Source of the DNA: Archangiaceae bacterium
Lineage (GTDB): Bacteria > Myxococcota > Myxococcia > Myxococcales > Myxococcaceae
NCBI GenBank assembly: GCA_043750125.1
Contig: JAYVCD010000112.1
Span: 1 to 47,618, forward strand
Direction of reading: 5' to 3'
DNA length: 47,618 bases
In this document: in pieces, positions 37,806 through 46,197 of the stretch
How positions within the stretch are numbered: position 1 is the stretch's first letter
Layout of the letters: every line of letters starts with the position of its first letter
The notes under the pieces: generated by a model
Databases searched by the model: none
Told to the model about the DNA's origin: nothing
Seen by the model: only the letters and a program-made list of their open reading frames with translations
Translations under genes and position numbers: made by a program

Positions 37806-37906
37806 CGGGCTTTCGCCCGAGAGTAATCCCAGAAATCAGCTCGGCCGTCACCGAAGCATTGCGCCCGGCCTTCGAGCCACCGGTATGCACCGCAAACCTC
37901 ACCGGC

Positions 37907-38167
37907 TCATAGGCTGACGGCCGAGCTCAGCACTTTCTTCCTGAAGTCCTCGCGCAGCCGCAGCAAGTTGGGTTGCTTCGACCGCTTTCGGGCCTGGACG
38001 TATTCGCCATCGGGGCGCATCAGCTCGCCGTCGATCGTCTCGTCGCTGAACGTGAACTCGGTGGTCTTCTTGTAGGTCACGTTGCCTTCGCCGACCTTCT
38101 TCGTCGGGTCCTGCGCGTGGCTGGTCGCGCCCAACAGCAGGGCCGCGAGAAGGAAGAATGATCGCAT
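37907..38167 (-). CDS. cglF: CglF/GltF-like small exported gliding protein
   Basis: GGAGG RBS, signal peptide, YKKTTEFTFSDETIDGELMRPDG and LLRLREDF pattern matching the CglF family as I recall it. Confidence 0.78.
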   Translation of the reverse strand: MRSFFLLAALLLGATSHAQDPTKKVGEGNVTYKKTTEFTFSDETIDGELMRPDGEYVQARKRSKQPNLLRLREDFRKKVLSSAVSL

Positions 38168-38194
38168 TGGGGTGAAACCTCCGCGGGCAGCTTC

Positions 38195-38210
38195 AGCAAG
38201 CGCCGAGCCG
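38195..38210 (-). promoter_or_regulatory. Putative sigma54 promoter for cglF (and possibly the kinase)
   Basis: Minus strand CGGCTCGGCGCTTGCT = GG-N10-GC with TTGCT, 28 nt before the ATG. Confidence 0.68.
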
Positions 38211-38332
38211 GCGGGGTTCTCCTCTGAAGGCTTCCCACGGGCGAGCCGGGGGAAGGGTCAGGCGCACTCCAGCTGCGGCCTCGAAGCGACAGGGTCGCGT
38301 TGCAAGCGACGCGATTTCCGATCATCCCGCGA

Positions 38333-38348
38333 GGGCACGAGAGTTGCT
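38333..38348 (+). promoter_or_regulatory. Putative sigma54 promoter for the pseudokinase / Cys-repeat lipoprotein genes
   Basis: GGGCACGAGAGTTGCT, one mismatch from the TGGCACG-N4-TTGCW consensus. Confidence 0.75.
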
Positions 38349-38360
38349 CGAGCGCCCTTC

Positions 38361-39212
38361 ATGACTGGTCCTCTTTCGTTCGCGTCTGCCCTCCCGCTGT
38401 CCGAGATTCGCTGCGCCGAGCTGACGGGGTACGACGTGCATCGAACTGTGGCGCGCAGCGACTCGGCCCTCGTCTACGTCGCGGGCAAGGTGGACCGCGC
38501 GGGAGAGAGCTTCGCCCTCAAGGTCTACGACTCGGTGTTGTGCGAGCAAACCTTCTCTTCGACCGCCGCGGCGCAAGAGCTCTGTGGCCCTTGCGTGGTG
38601 CCGCTGATCGAGTACGGCATCTGGCAAGGCAAGCCCGCGATGGTCAGCCCTTGGGTCGACGGGATCTCACTGCAAGATCTGCTCGGCGACCTGGACCAGC
38701 GCATTCCCATGGCCACCGCGCTTCGCATCGGCGGGCTGGTCTGCCGCGCCCTCGCTGAAGCCCACGCCAGCGACAGCGGGGCCCTCGTCCACGGGCGGGT
38801 CGAGCCGAGCCACGTTTTGTTGGGGCACGACGGCGCCGTTCAGCTCACCGGGTTCGGCGGGGGGCCGTCGCGATCGATCGTCTCGAGGCTCCAACCTTCC
38901 TATGTCTCGCCCGAGGTCGCGGCCGGGGAGCCGGCCGATGTGCTCTCTGACGTGTACTCGCTGGGCGCCGTCCTCTACGAGCTGACCACCGGTGAACGAC
39001 CGGTGGGTGCCCGCCCCGAGCGGCCCTCGAGCCTGAGCCCGGGGGTCGACGATCGTCTCGATGCGACGATCATCGCCTGCCTCGAGCGGGACCCTGGCGA
39101 GCGCCCCTTTTCGATTCGCGCCGTCGAGCACTGCATCGATGCGTGCTTCGAGGAGCTCGAGCTGATTCCCCATCCCGAGGAGCTGGCCGGCCTGGTGAGG
39201 CTCGCCCGATGA
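38361..39212 (+). CDS. Ser/Thr kinase-fold protein, predicted pseudokinase (about 283 aa, start uncertain)
   Basis: FALK, YVSPE and SDVYSLG..LYEL.TG are retained; HRD..N reads HGRVEPSH, DFG reads GFG, and the Gly loop reads ARSDSA. Confidence 0.82.
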   Translation: MTGPLSFASALPLSEIRCAELTGYDVHRTVARSDSALVYVAGKVDRAGESFALKVYDSVLCEQTFSSTAAAQELCGPCVVPLIEYGIWQGKPAMVSPWVDGISLQDLLGDLDQRIPMATALRIGGLVCRALAEAHASDSGALVHGRVEPSHVLLGHDGAVQLTGFGGGPSRSIVSRLQPSYVSPEVAAGEPADVLSDVYSLGAVLYELTTGERPVGARPERPSSLSPGVDDRLDATIIACLERDPGERPFSIRAVEHCIDACFEELELIPHPEELAGLVRLAR

Positions 39213-40951
39213 GGCCGGCGCTCGCACTGGTGCTGTTGCTTGCCGGCTGTGCCCGGGTGGGGGGGGAAGTCCCGGTCGCCCCCGCGGGCACCGGCGCCGC
39301 CGGCGCTGCCTGCGCCCGAAATCTGGAGTGCGCTTCAGGTCAATGCGCGGCGGCCCGATGTCTGGGCGGGGCCGGAGCCGATGCCCCGTGCACCGGTGGC
39401 AGCAGCTGCGGTTCCTCGCGCTGCGTCGGGGGAAAATGCACTGCCGGAGGTGAGGGCAATTCGCTGTGTCAGACCGCGCGCGAGTGCGCCTCGGGCGTCT
39501 GTTCCACCGGGCAGTGCACCGCCTCGATGGGGGGCACCGACGCGCCCAGCAGCAGCGGCAGTTGCCTGAGGGCGGTCGGGATTCCGTGCAGCGCCGCGGG
39601 GCAGTGCACCTCGAACCGTTGTCAGCACGGAAAATGCGAGTCGCCCCAGCCCACCGGCGGCGCTTGTACCCAGGACGCCCAGTGCGGCTCGGCCCGCTGC
39701 GAAGCCAACGCCTGCGCGGGGCCGTTGCCGTCGGGGTCTGCCTGCGCCCGGCGGGCCGATTGTTCCTCGCTGCTGTGCGTCAGCGGAACCTGCGAAGCGC
39801 TGCGGGCCAACGGCCAGTCGTGCGCGTCCGCCGGAGAGTGCGCTTCGTCGAGCTGCCACAACGGAGGCTGCATCGGCGCTGACACCCTGTGCACCAGCGG
39901 CGGCGACTGCAGCAGTGGCGCGTGCGGGTCCTCGGGAATCTGCGAGCCCCCCAAACCCGTGGGCAGCGCCTGCCAGGCCAACGCCCAGTGTGGCTCGAAG
40001 GAATGTGTCGCGGGCGCCTGCGGAGCCTCTTCGACCGCGACCCCCAGCGCCCCGGTCGAAAAGCCGCTGTGCGAATCGGGCCTGTGGGAAGGGCAAAAAT
40101 GCACCACCGGCGCCGACTGCACTTCGCGCCTGTGCACCAACGGAATCTGCGAAGGGCAGAAGAAGAATGGCTCGCCCTGCAGTGACGGCTATCAGTGCTC
40201 GTCTTTTCAATGCATCGAAGGAATCTGCGAAGTGCCGCGGGGCGCGGGCTCGCCCTGCACCAGTGATCGGCTCTGTTTTTCCAACTGGTGCCGCAGTGGA
40301 ATCTGCGAAGCCAAGCGCCCGAACAAGGCCGCCTGCACCAACGGCAACGAGTGCTCTTCGCGGCTGTGCTGGGACGGGCTGTGCGAAGCGTTCAAGCCCG
40401 GCGGGGCGGCGTGCATCAACCCGATTCAATGCGGCTCGCAACTGTGCACGGCGGGCATTTGCGAAGGTCCCCGGCCGGTGGGCAGCGGGTGTTCCCAGGC
40501 AGCGCAGTGCAGCAGCGCGCTCTGCAAGGCGGGGGTGTGCGAGGCGCAGCGACCGACCGGCTCGGTCTGCACCCAGAGCGTGGAATGCAGCTCGGCGCTC
40601 TGCGTGAACGGGGTTTGCGTCGGCGGTCAGCCGGGGGGCGCGACGTGCCTGGCCAACGCCGAGTGTGCCTCGAGCGTGTGTCGGCTCGGAGTGTGTGAAG
40701 CGGGCAAACCCACCGGCTCGGCCTGCACCCAGCCGGGCGACTGCGCCACAAGTTTGTGTACCAACGGAGTCTGCAGCGGCGCCCACCCCAACGGCTTCTC
40801 GTGCACCCAGTTTGATCAATGCATCTCGGGAATCTGTACCACCGGAATCTGCGAAGGGCCCGGCGGCAACGACACCGGCTCGGCGTGTACCCAGAATTCC
40901 GACTGCATCAACTACAGCTGCGTCGTAGGGGTCTGCGCCGGCCTGAACTGA
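39209..40951 (+). CDS. Cys-rich lipoprotein of 20 tandem ~26-aa repeats G-x2-C-x5-C-x4-C-x4-C (580 aa)
   Basis: Lipobox LAGC; ATGA overlap with the pseudokinase; repeats counted from the translation. Confidence 0.87.
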   Translation: MRPALALVLLLAGCARVGGEVPVAPAGTGAAGAACARNLECASGQCAAARCLGGAGADAPCTGGSSCGSSRCVGGKCTAGGEGNSLCQTARECASGVCSTGQCTASMGGTDAPSSSGSCLRAVGIPCSAAGQCTSNRCQHGKCESPQPTGGACTQDAQCGSARCEANACAGPLPSGSACARRADCSSLLCVSGTCEALRANGQSCASAGECASSSCHNGGCIGADTLCTSGGDCSSGACGSSGICEPPKPVGSACQANAQCGSKECVAGACGASSTATPSAPVEKPLCESGLWEGQKCTTGADCTSRLCTNGICEGQKKNGSPCSDGYQCSSFQCIEGICEVPRGAGSPCTSDRLCFSNWCRSGICEAKRPNKAACTNGNECSSRLCWDGLCEAFKPGGAACINPIQCGSQLCTAGICEGPRPVGSGCSQAAQCSSALCKAGVCEAQRPTGSVCTQSVECSSALCVNGVCVGGQPGGATCLANAECASSVCRLGVCEAGKPTGSACTQPGDCATSLCTNGVCSGAHPNGFSCTQFDQCISGICTTGICEGPGGNDTGSACTQNSDCINYSCVVGVCAGLN

Positions 40952-40968
40952 CCTTGCTTCAGAAGCCG

Positions 40969-41008
40969 CTGAAGGCCAGGGCCCCGCACGGGGCCTTTGG
41001 TGTTTCAG
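40969..41008 (+). terminator. Possible terminator or RNA hairpin after the Cys-repeat gene
   Basis: GGCCCC-GCAC-GGGGCC core followed by TTTGGTGTTT, outer arms CTGAA/TTCAG. Confidence 0.45.
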
Positions 41009-41113
41009 GGCCGCCTGCAGATCCGTGGACTTTGATCCGCACTGGAGTGCGCGTGCCTTGTCTCGAGGGGTTCGCAGCGGGACCCAAAGCCGCAGAGCGA
41101 CTGCGGAAATAAC

Positions 41114-41129
41114 GGGCACGGCGGACGCA
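41114..41129 (+). promoter_or_regulatory. Putative sigma54 promoter for the cglB-cglC-cglE-gltABC operon
   Basis: GGGCACGGCGGACGCA = GGCACG with exact GG-N10-GC spacing; weaker -12 element (AC instead of TT). Confidence 0.55.
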
Positions 41130-41141
41130 GTGGGTGGGTTC

Positions 41142-42269
41142 ATGTCCACCCGACTTCCGCTGCTCCTCGCCGTGCCCCTGCTGGCGCTGGCCTGTCAGGA
41201 ACACGAGTTCCAAACCCTCGAGCCGGTCACCTTCCGGCAGGTGAGCACCTTCAAGAAAGTGGTCGCCAAGCAGTTCAAGCCCAACATCATGTTGGCGGTC
41301 GACCGCTCGCAGTCGATGTCGTTTCCGATCGCGGCCGGCGGCGAATCGCGCTGGTTCCACCTCAAGGCCGCGATGACCGAATACCTCTCGACCCACGGGA
41401 CGGTCGCGCGGATGGGGTTGATGACGTTTCCCGTCGACGACGCCTGCGGCCCGGGGGCAGTCACGGTCCCGATGTTCGAGACCAACGACAACCCGGTCGA
41501 GCTGCAGAAGCACGCCGACGAAATCAACGCCAAGCTCCAGGCCACCCAGCCCGGCGGCGTGACCCCGACGATGGAAAGCCTGCGGGCGTTGGCGAACTAC
41601 GCTCCGATGCTCGGCGGCCGCGAGAGCATCGTGGTGCTCGCCACCGACGGGCTGCCCAACTGCAATCCGGGCAACCCCAACAGCTACGACGTGAACCCCG
41701 CTGCGTGCGATTGCACCTTCGCCTCGAACATGTGCGGGGGACAGTACAACCGCCTCTCGTGCCTGGACCGCAGCGGCACGGTCGCAGTGGTCAAGGAGCT
41801 GCTCGCGAAAGGCATCAAGACCGCCGTCGTCGCCTTCGGAGAAGACACCCTGTTCGGCGTCGGGCCGCAGGTGATGAACGCGATCGCCAGCGAAGGCGGC
41901 GCCCCGAGGACCTGCCCCCACGGAAACAACGCCGAGTGCGGCGCCAACAACGTCTGCGACAAGGCCACCAAGGTCTGCGAGATGCGCTTTTACGCTGCGA
42001 GCAATTCGCGCGAGCTCGCCGACGCGCTGGCCACCATCGGGTACGACCTGAGCAAGGGCGACGCGTGCGAGCAGACGCTGGAAGTCGTGCCGGCCGACGA
42101 GCGGTACTTGACGGTGCTGCTCAACGACCAGCCGCTGCCTCCGGGGCCCGACACCTGGACCTACGCCGCGGGCACGGTCACGTTTCATTCCATCCACTGT
42201 CAGAAGCTGGGCAGCTCGACGCCCGATGATCCGGTGCGCCTCGAGTTTCGCACCGTGGAGGTCCTGTGA
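41142..42269 (+). CDS. cglB: CglB-like vWA-domain Cys-rich gliding adhesin lipoprotein (375 aa)
   Basis: Lipobox ALAC then QEHEFQTLEP; KPNIMLAVDRSQSM (MIDAS DxSxS), GVTPT, LATDGLPNCN, SCLD, FY.A.N..ELA.AL. Confidence 0.82.
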   Translation: MSTRLPLLLAVPLLALACQEHEFQTLEPVTFRQVSTFKKVVAKQFKPNIMLAVDRSQSMSFPIAAGGESRWFHLKAAMTEYLSTHGTVARMGLMTFPVDDACGPGAVTVPMFETNDNPVELQKHADEINAKLQATQPGGVTPTMESLRALANYAPMLGGRESIVVLATDGLPNCNPGNPNSYDVNPAACDCTFASNMCGGQYNRLSCLDRSGTVAVVKELLAKGIKTAVVAFGEDTLFGVGPQVMNAIASEGGAPRTCPHGNNAECGANNVCDKATKVCEMRFYAASNSRELADALATIGYDLSKGDACEQTLEVVPADERYLTVLLNDQPLPPGPDTWTYAAGTVTFHSIHCQKLGSSTPDDPVRLEFRTVEVL

Positions 42270-42691
42270 TCCTCCGCGCCTGCCTCGTCGTCGTTCTGAC
42301 TCTCACTGCCTGTTCAGGAAGCACCGGGCTGGGTGACCCCTGCACCCTGGTGAAGGCAAACCCCGCCGGCGGAAAAGCGATTCCGATTCAGGAACGCGAG
42401 CTGCCGGTAGCGCGCGCCGACTACGTCACCTTCGCCTCTCCCAGCTGTGCCGAGGTCTGCGTGCGCGACGCGGATCAACCCCGCACCGGAAACAACGACG
42501 CGCTCGCCACCGGCTACTGCTCCTCGCCGTGCGCGGGCACCGGCGCTTCGTGTGGGGATCCCGCTTTTACCTGCCGTGCACTCCTGCTCGACGAGGCCAC
42601 TCTTGCTGCGCTCTGCTCTTCCGACGCCGTCCCCTGCCGCTCTTTCCCCAATGGTCCGAAGACGTTCTTCTGCGTTCAGGGAGCGCGCTGA
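42266..42691 (+). CDS. cglC: CglC/GltK-like lipoprotein
   Basis: Lipobox LTAC; G.PC.LVK, DYVTF...C...CVRD, GYCS.PC, TCRALLLD, FFC; GTGA overlap. Confidence 0.78.
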   Translation: MILRACLVVVLTLTACSGSTGLGDPCTLVKANPAGGKAIPIQERELPVARADYVTFASPSCAEVCVRDADQPRTGNNDALATGYCSSPCAGTGASCGDPAFTCRALLLDEATLAALCSSDAVPCRSFPNGPKTFFCVQGAR

Positions 42692-42692
42692 G

Positions 42693-43241
42693 ATGCGGCC
42701 CCTGGCGCTGGCGGTGTTGCTGTCGTGCTCGGCCTTCGCTGACGTGCCCGAGCCCCTGGTCGAGCGCGGCACCTACCTGGGCGTCGGGGTGGGCCCGCAC
42801 GGGTTCGTCAGTCCTCCCATCGCGCCGCAGCGGGTGATCGTCGGTTATGGGCTGAGCCTCGAAGCCCGCTACGCCCCGTGGGAAAGGCTGGCGTTCTCGG
42901 TGCTGATGATGAGCTCGGGGATGAAGGGCGGGGCCCAGGCGCAAGGCGACATTCTCGCGGTGACGCCTGCGTTCGCGGTGCGCCTGAACACCTTCGGCGT
43001 CATCGACCGCTTCGATGTGCGGCGGCTGTGGGTCTACCTGCGCGCTGGAGCCGGCTACACCCTGTTCTGGCCCCAGTCGGTGATGTCGCGCGGTGCGCCG
43101 GTCGTCTTCGCCAGCCTCGGCCTCGAGTACCGCACCCACCTTCGCCACTTCGCTCTCGGTCTCGAAGCCACTCCCATCTTCTACCCGACGCTCAATCTGT
43201 GGAGCTTCGCCGTCACTCCCAGCCTTCAGTTCGCTTTCTAA
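42693..43241 (+). CDS. cglE: CglE/GltH-like outer-membrane beta-barrel (182 aa)
   Basis: Signal peptide; VERG.Y, W.Y.RAGAGY, GLEY.T.LRHF..GLE, C-terminal P.LQFAF. Confidence 0.75.
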   Translation: MRPLALAVLLSCSAFADVPEPLVERGTYLGVGVGPHGFVSPPIAPQRVIVGYGLSLEARYAPWERLAFSVLMMSSGMKGGAQAQGDILAVTPAFAVRLNTFGVIDRFDVRRLWVYLRAGAGYTLFWPQSVMSRGAPVVFASLGLEYRTHLRHFALGLEATPIFYPTLNLWSFAVTPSLQFAF

Positions 43242-43253
43242 AAGGGGTCGTCC

Positions 43254-43934
43254 ATGCGCTCGATTTTCATCGCACTGCTTGTCGCCTCGACCGCGCTCGC
43301 CGCGGAAAACCCACCCTCACCCCTCGACCCGGCCCGGGAAGAAAAAGAAGGCGAGCCCGAGACGGTGGCCGATCGCATTCGCAGCATGCAGCCCAAAGCG
43401 ATCGTCAAGCGCGGTCGCTTCGCGGTGACGGCGTGGGGCAGCGCCTCGGTCAATGACCCCTTTCACACCAAGGTGGGGGGAACGCTGTCGCTCGCGTTTC
43501 ACATCGAGAACAGCCTCGCGGTCAGCCTGCGCGGTGGAATCGTTCGGGTGGTGAAGGACGACGACCTTCAAGTCGCGCGGCAGAACTTCCAGGTCGGCAT
43601 CGTGGCGTCCCAACCCAATTGGCTGGCGATGGGCGACATCGAGTGGACGCCGATTTACGGAAAGCTGCGGTTCAGCGATTCGATCGTTCACCTCGACGGC
43701 TACGTCGTCGGCGGCCTGGGAACCGTGGTCCACCGTTCTCCCGAGGTGGCCTTCGAAGCGGGAATCGGGCTGCGTTTCATCGCCACCCAATGGCTCGCAG
43801 TCAACCTCGCGTGGCTGAACACCTTCTACCTGGACAAGCCGGTCGGCAGCTCGACCACCCTGATTCAGAACCTGATGACCGCCAACCTCGGGGTCACGAT
43901 CTTCGTGCCCTTCTCGAACCGGAGCCCGCAATGA
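43254..43934 (+). CDS. gltA: GltA/GltB-family outer-membrane beta-barrel (closest to GltA as recalled)
   Basis: DRIRSMQ.K...KRGRF, SVNDPF, DIEWTPIYGK, HLDGY, GLRF, QNLM..NLG.TIF.P; the A versus B assignment is from memory. Confidence 0.7.
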   Translation: MRSIFIALLVASTALAAENPPSPLDPAREEKEGEPETVADRIRSMQPKAIVKRGRFAVTAWGSASVNDPFHTKVGGTLSLAFHIENSLAVSLRGGIVRVVKDDDLQVARQNFQVGIVASQPNWLAMGDIEWTPIYGKLRFSDSIVHLDGYVVGGLGTVVHRSPEVAFEAGIGLRFIATQWLAVNLAWLNTFYLDKPVGSSTTLIQNLMTANLGVTIFVPFSNRSPQ

Positions 43935-44683
43935 ACCGAATGCTCATGCTGTGGATCCTCGCTCTGGCGACCGGTGCCAGGGCTGACGAATCATCCGAGC
44001 CCCAAACCGCGCCGCCCGCGATTGATGCCGACCGGACCGGGCTGCTGAAGGCCCGCATTCCAGTGATCGCCGGGACCCGCTTCCTCAAGAATGACCGGCT
44101 CGAAATCACCCCCTCGGTCGCGCTCTCGTTTCGCGACGCGTTCTTCAAGAAGACCGTCGTCGGCCTCGAAGTCGGCTGGCACTTCAGCGACGCGTTGGCG
44201 TTGAGCGTGCGCGGCGCCTATTCCTTCTCGGCCCCGTCCGGAGCGATTCAGGTCTGCTCGGGCACCACCACTGGAGGATGCCAGAGCCCCGAGCGCGCCG
44301 AGCTCGCCGGCCACGCCCCCGGGGACCTCATCTTCCTCACCGGCGGCAGCCTCGAGTGGACCCCGCTGTACGGAAAGATTTCGGTGCTCGCCGAGACCTT
44401 CCGCAACTTCGAGCTCTTCGCCGACCTGGGAGGAACGCTGGTCGGCTACCGCGGAATCTCGGCCAACGCCGGCGGGGCGCTGGCCTTGACCGGCGGCGGC
44501 GAGCTCGGGCTGGGCGCGCGCTTCTTCTTCACCCGCTGGCTCGCGCTGCGGCTGGAAATCAAAGACCTCGTCTACCCCGAGCAGGTCGAGGTCGGCACGG
44601 TGAGCTCCCCGCGGGTGCGCCAGCAATTCTTCGGTCAGCTCGGACTTTCCATTTTTCTTCCCTCTTCCCGCTCGGACGGCTGA
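43931..44683 (+). CDS. gltB: GltA/GltB-family outer-membrane beta-barrel (closest to GltB as recalled; 250 aa)
   Basis: RI.V..G..FLK..RLEI.P, RDAFF.K, Cys-bridged loop, EWTPLYGKISVLAE, G.RFF, GLSIFLP; ATGA overlap. Confidence 0.7.
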   Translation: MNRMLMLWILALATGARADESSEPQTAPPAIDADRTGLLKARIPVIAGTRFLKNDRLEITPSVALSFRDAFFKKTVVGLEVGWHFSDALALSVRGAYSFSAPSGAIQVCSGTTTGGCQSPERAELAGHAPGDLIFLTGGSLEWTPLYGKISVLAETFRNFELFADLGGTLVGYRGISANAGGALALTGGGELGLGARFFFTRWLALRLEIKDLVYPEQVEVGTVSSPRVRQQFFGQLGLSIFLPSSRSDG

Positions 44684-44686
44684 CCC

Positions 44687-46171
44687 ATGACTTCCGCCCT
44701 CTTCCTTGCCTTGTCCCTGGCTGCCTCTCCCGCCGAGCTGTTCAAAGACGGCGACTACCCGCAGGCGGCGCTCGCCGCAGCCGAGCTGCAGCAAGACCTC
44801 GCTTCCGGGCTCGATGCGCAGCTGGTCCTCGGCAAATCGCTGTACCGGCTGGGTCTGCTCCACTCGTCGCTGGCCGTCTTCTCGAAGGTGCTCGTCAACG
44901 CGCCGCGCACGAAGCACGCGACCAAGGCGCTCGAGTGGATGCTCTTCATCAGCCGGAAGACGCCGAACAAGGACCTGGTCCTCGACGAGATTGCGCGCAA
45001 CGCAGGGTCCGAGCTGCCCGAGCGCTACCGCACTGAAATCCAGGTGCTGCTCGCGCGTCACCACTACGCGTACGGGCTCTCGTTGGACGAAGCGGGCCAC
45101 AACGCGGAAGGCGCCGCGAGCTTTGCCGAGGTGAAGCGGTTGGCGCGGCTGATTCCCCGCGGCGACCCGTTCTACGCCAGCGGCAAGTACCTCGAAGGGC
45201 TGACCGAGTTTCGGGACAACAAGGTGCCTGAGTCGGCGGCCGCGCTCAAAGAAGTGCTGCGCTCTACCGACGACACCGCCTTGCGAGAGCTGACCTTCAT
45301 GCAGCTGGGCCGCGCCGCCTACGGAGCCCGGCAAGAGCGTCACGCCGTCGCCTGGTACGGAAAGGTGCAGCGCGGGGGGCCGCAATGGTTGGACTCGTTG
45401 TTCGAATCATCGTGGGCCTCGTACCGAATGGGCAATGACGAGCAGGCGCTGGGAAACCTGGTCACCTTGTCCTCGCCGCACTTCAAGAACGAGTACTACC
45501 CGGAGGCCTTCATCATGCGGGGCGTCATCTACTTCGAAAATTGCCGCTACCCCGAAGCGCGCGCGGTGGTCGACGAGCTCACCCGGGTTTACCAGCCGGT
45601 CCTGAACAAGCTCGACGCGCTGCTGAAGACCAGCGCCGAAGGCGGGGACTTCTATGACCAGCTCGATGAGATGGGCGGGGCCTCTTCCTCGCCTACCGCC
45701 GTGACCGAGGACGTGAAGCGGCTGATCGGCTCGGTGAAGGAAGTCGAGGCCGAGCTCGACGCGATTTCGGGCACCGCGCCCGCGTTTTCCCAGTCGGGGC
45801 TGGCGCAGACCCTGGCAGAAGATTTGAAGCAGCGGCGGCTCGACCTGCGCAAGAAGGCAGGCACGCTCGCCCGGCGCTCGTTCGCCTCGCAGTCCGAAGA
45901 CTTGAAGCGCCTCTTCGTCGACGGGCTGCGCATCAAGTTCGACGTGAAGTCGCTCGAGAAGGACCTGCTCGAGGCGAAGCTCAACGGGAAGAACAAGGGC
46001 GCGAAGCTCGTCGACTACGACTTCCCGATGGAAGCAGGGGAAGACGAAGAATACTGGCCGCTCAACGACGAGTACTGGCGCGACGAGCTGGGTACCTACC
46101 TCTACACGCTGACCAAGGGCTGCGCCGAACACCGCACCAGCGTTCCGGTCGCGCAAAGGGCCTCGCGCTGA
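44687..46171 (+). CDS. gltC: GltC-like TPR periplasmic gliding protein
   Basis: GKSLYRLGL.HSSL..F, LEW..FISRK, W...LFESSWA, ALGNL.TL.SP.F, IY.ENCRY.E, C-terminal YWP...EYWRDELGTY.YTLTKGC. Confidence 0.85.
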   Translation: MTSALFLALSLAASPAELFKDGDYPQAALAAAELQQDLASGLDAQLVLGKSLYRLGLLHSSLAVFSKVLVNAPRTKHATKALEWMLFISRKTPNKDLVLDEIARNAGSELPERYRTEIQVLLARHHYAYGLSLDEAGHNAEGAASFAEVKRLARLIPRGDPFYASGKYLEGLTEFRDNKVPESAAALKEVLRSTDDTALRELTFMQLGRAAYGARQERHAVAWYGKVQRGGPQWLDSLFESSWASYRMGNDEQALGNLVTLSSPHFKNEYYPEAFIMRGVIYFENCRYPEARAVVDELTRVYQPVLNKLDALLKTSAEGGDFYDQLDEMGGASSSPTAVTEDVKRLIGSVKEVEAELDAISGTAPAFSQSGLAQTLAEDLKQRRLDLRKKAGTLARRSFASQSEDLKRLFVDGLRIKFDVKSLEKDLLEAKLNGKNKGAKLVDYDFPMEAGEDEEYWPLNDEYWRDELGTYLYTLTKGCAEHRTSVPVAQRASR

Positions 46172-46197
46172 GTCCTCTCAGTTATGGTGCCGGGGCT

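Noticed and set aside
39280-40940. About 78-bp periodicity resembling a CRISPR or other DNA array
   Set aside because: Periodicity is at protein level, with no identical DNA repeats, spacers or cas genes.
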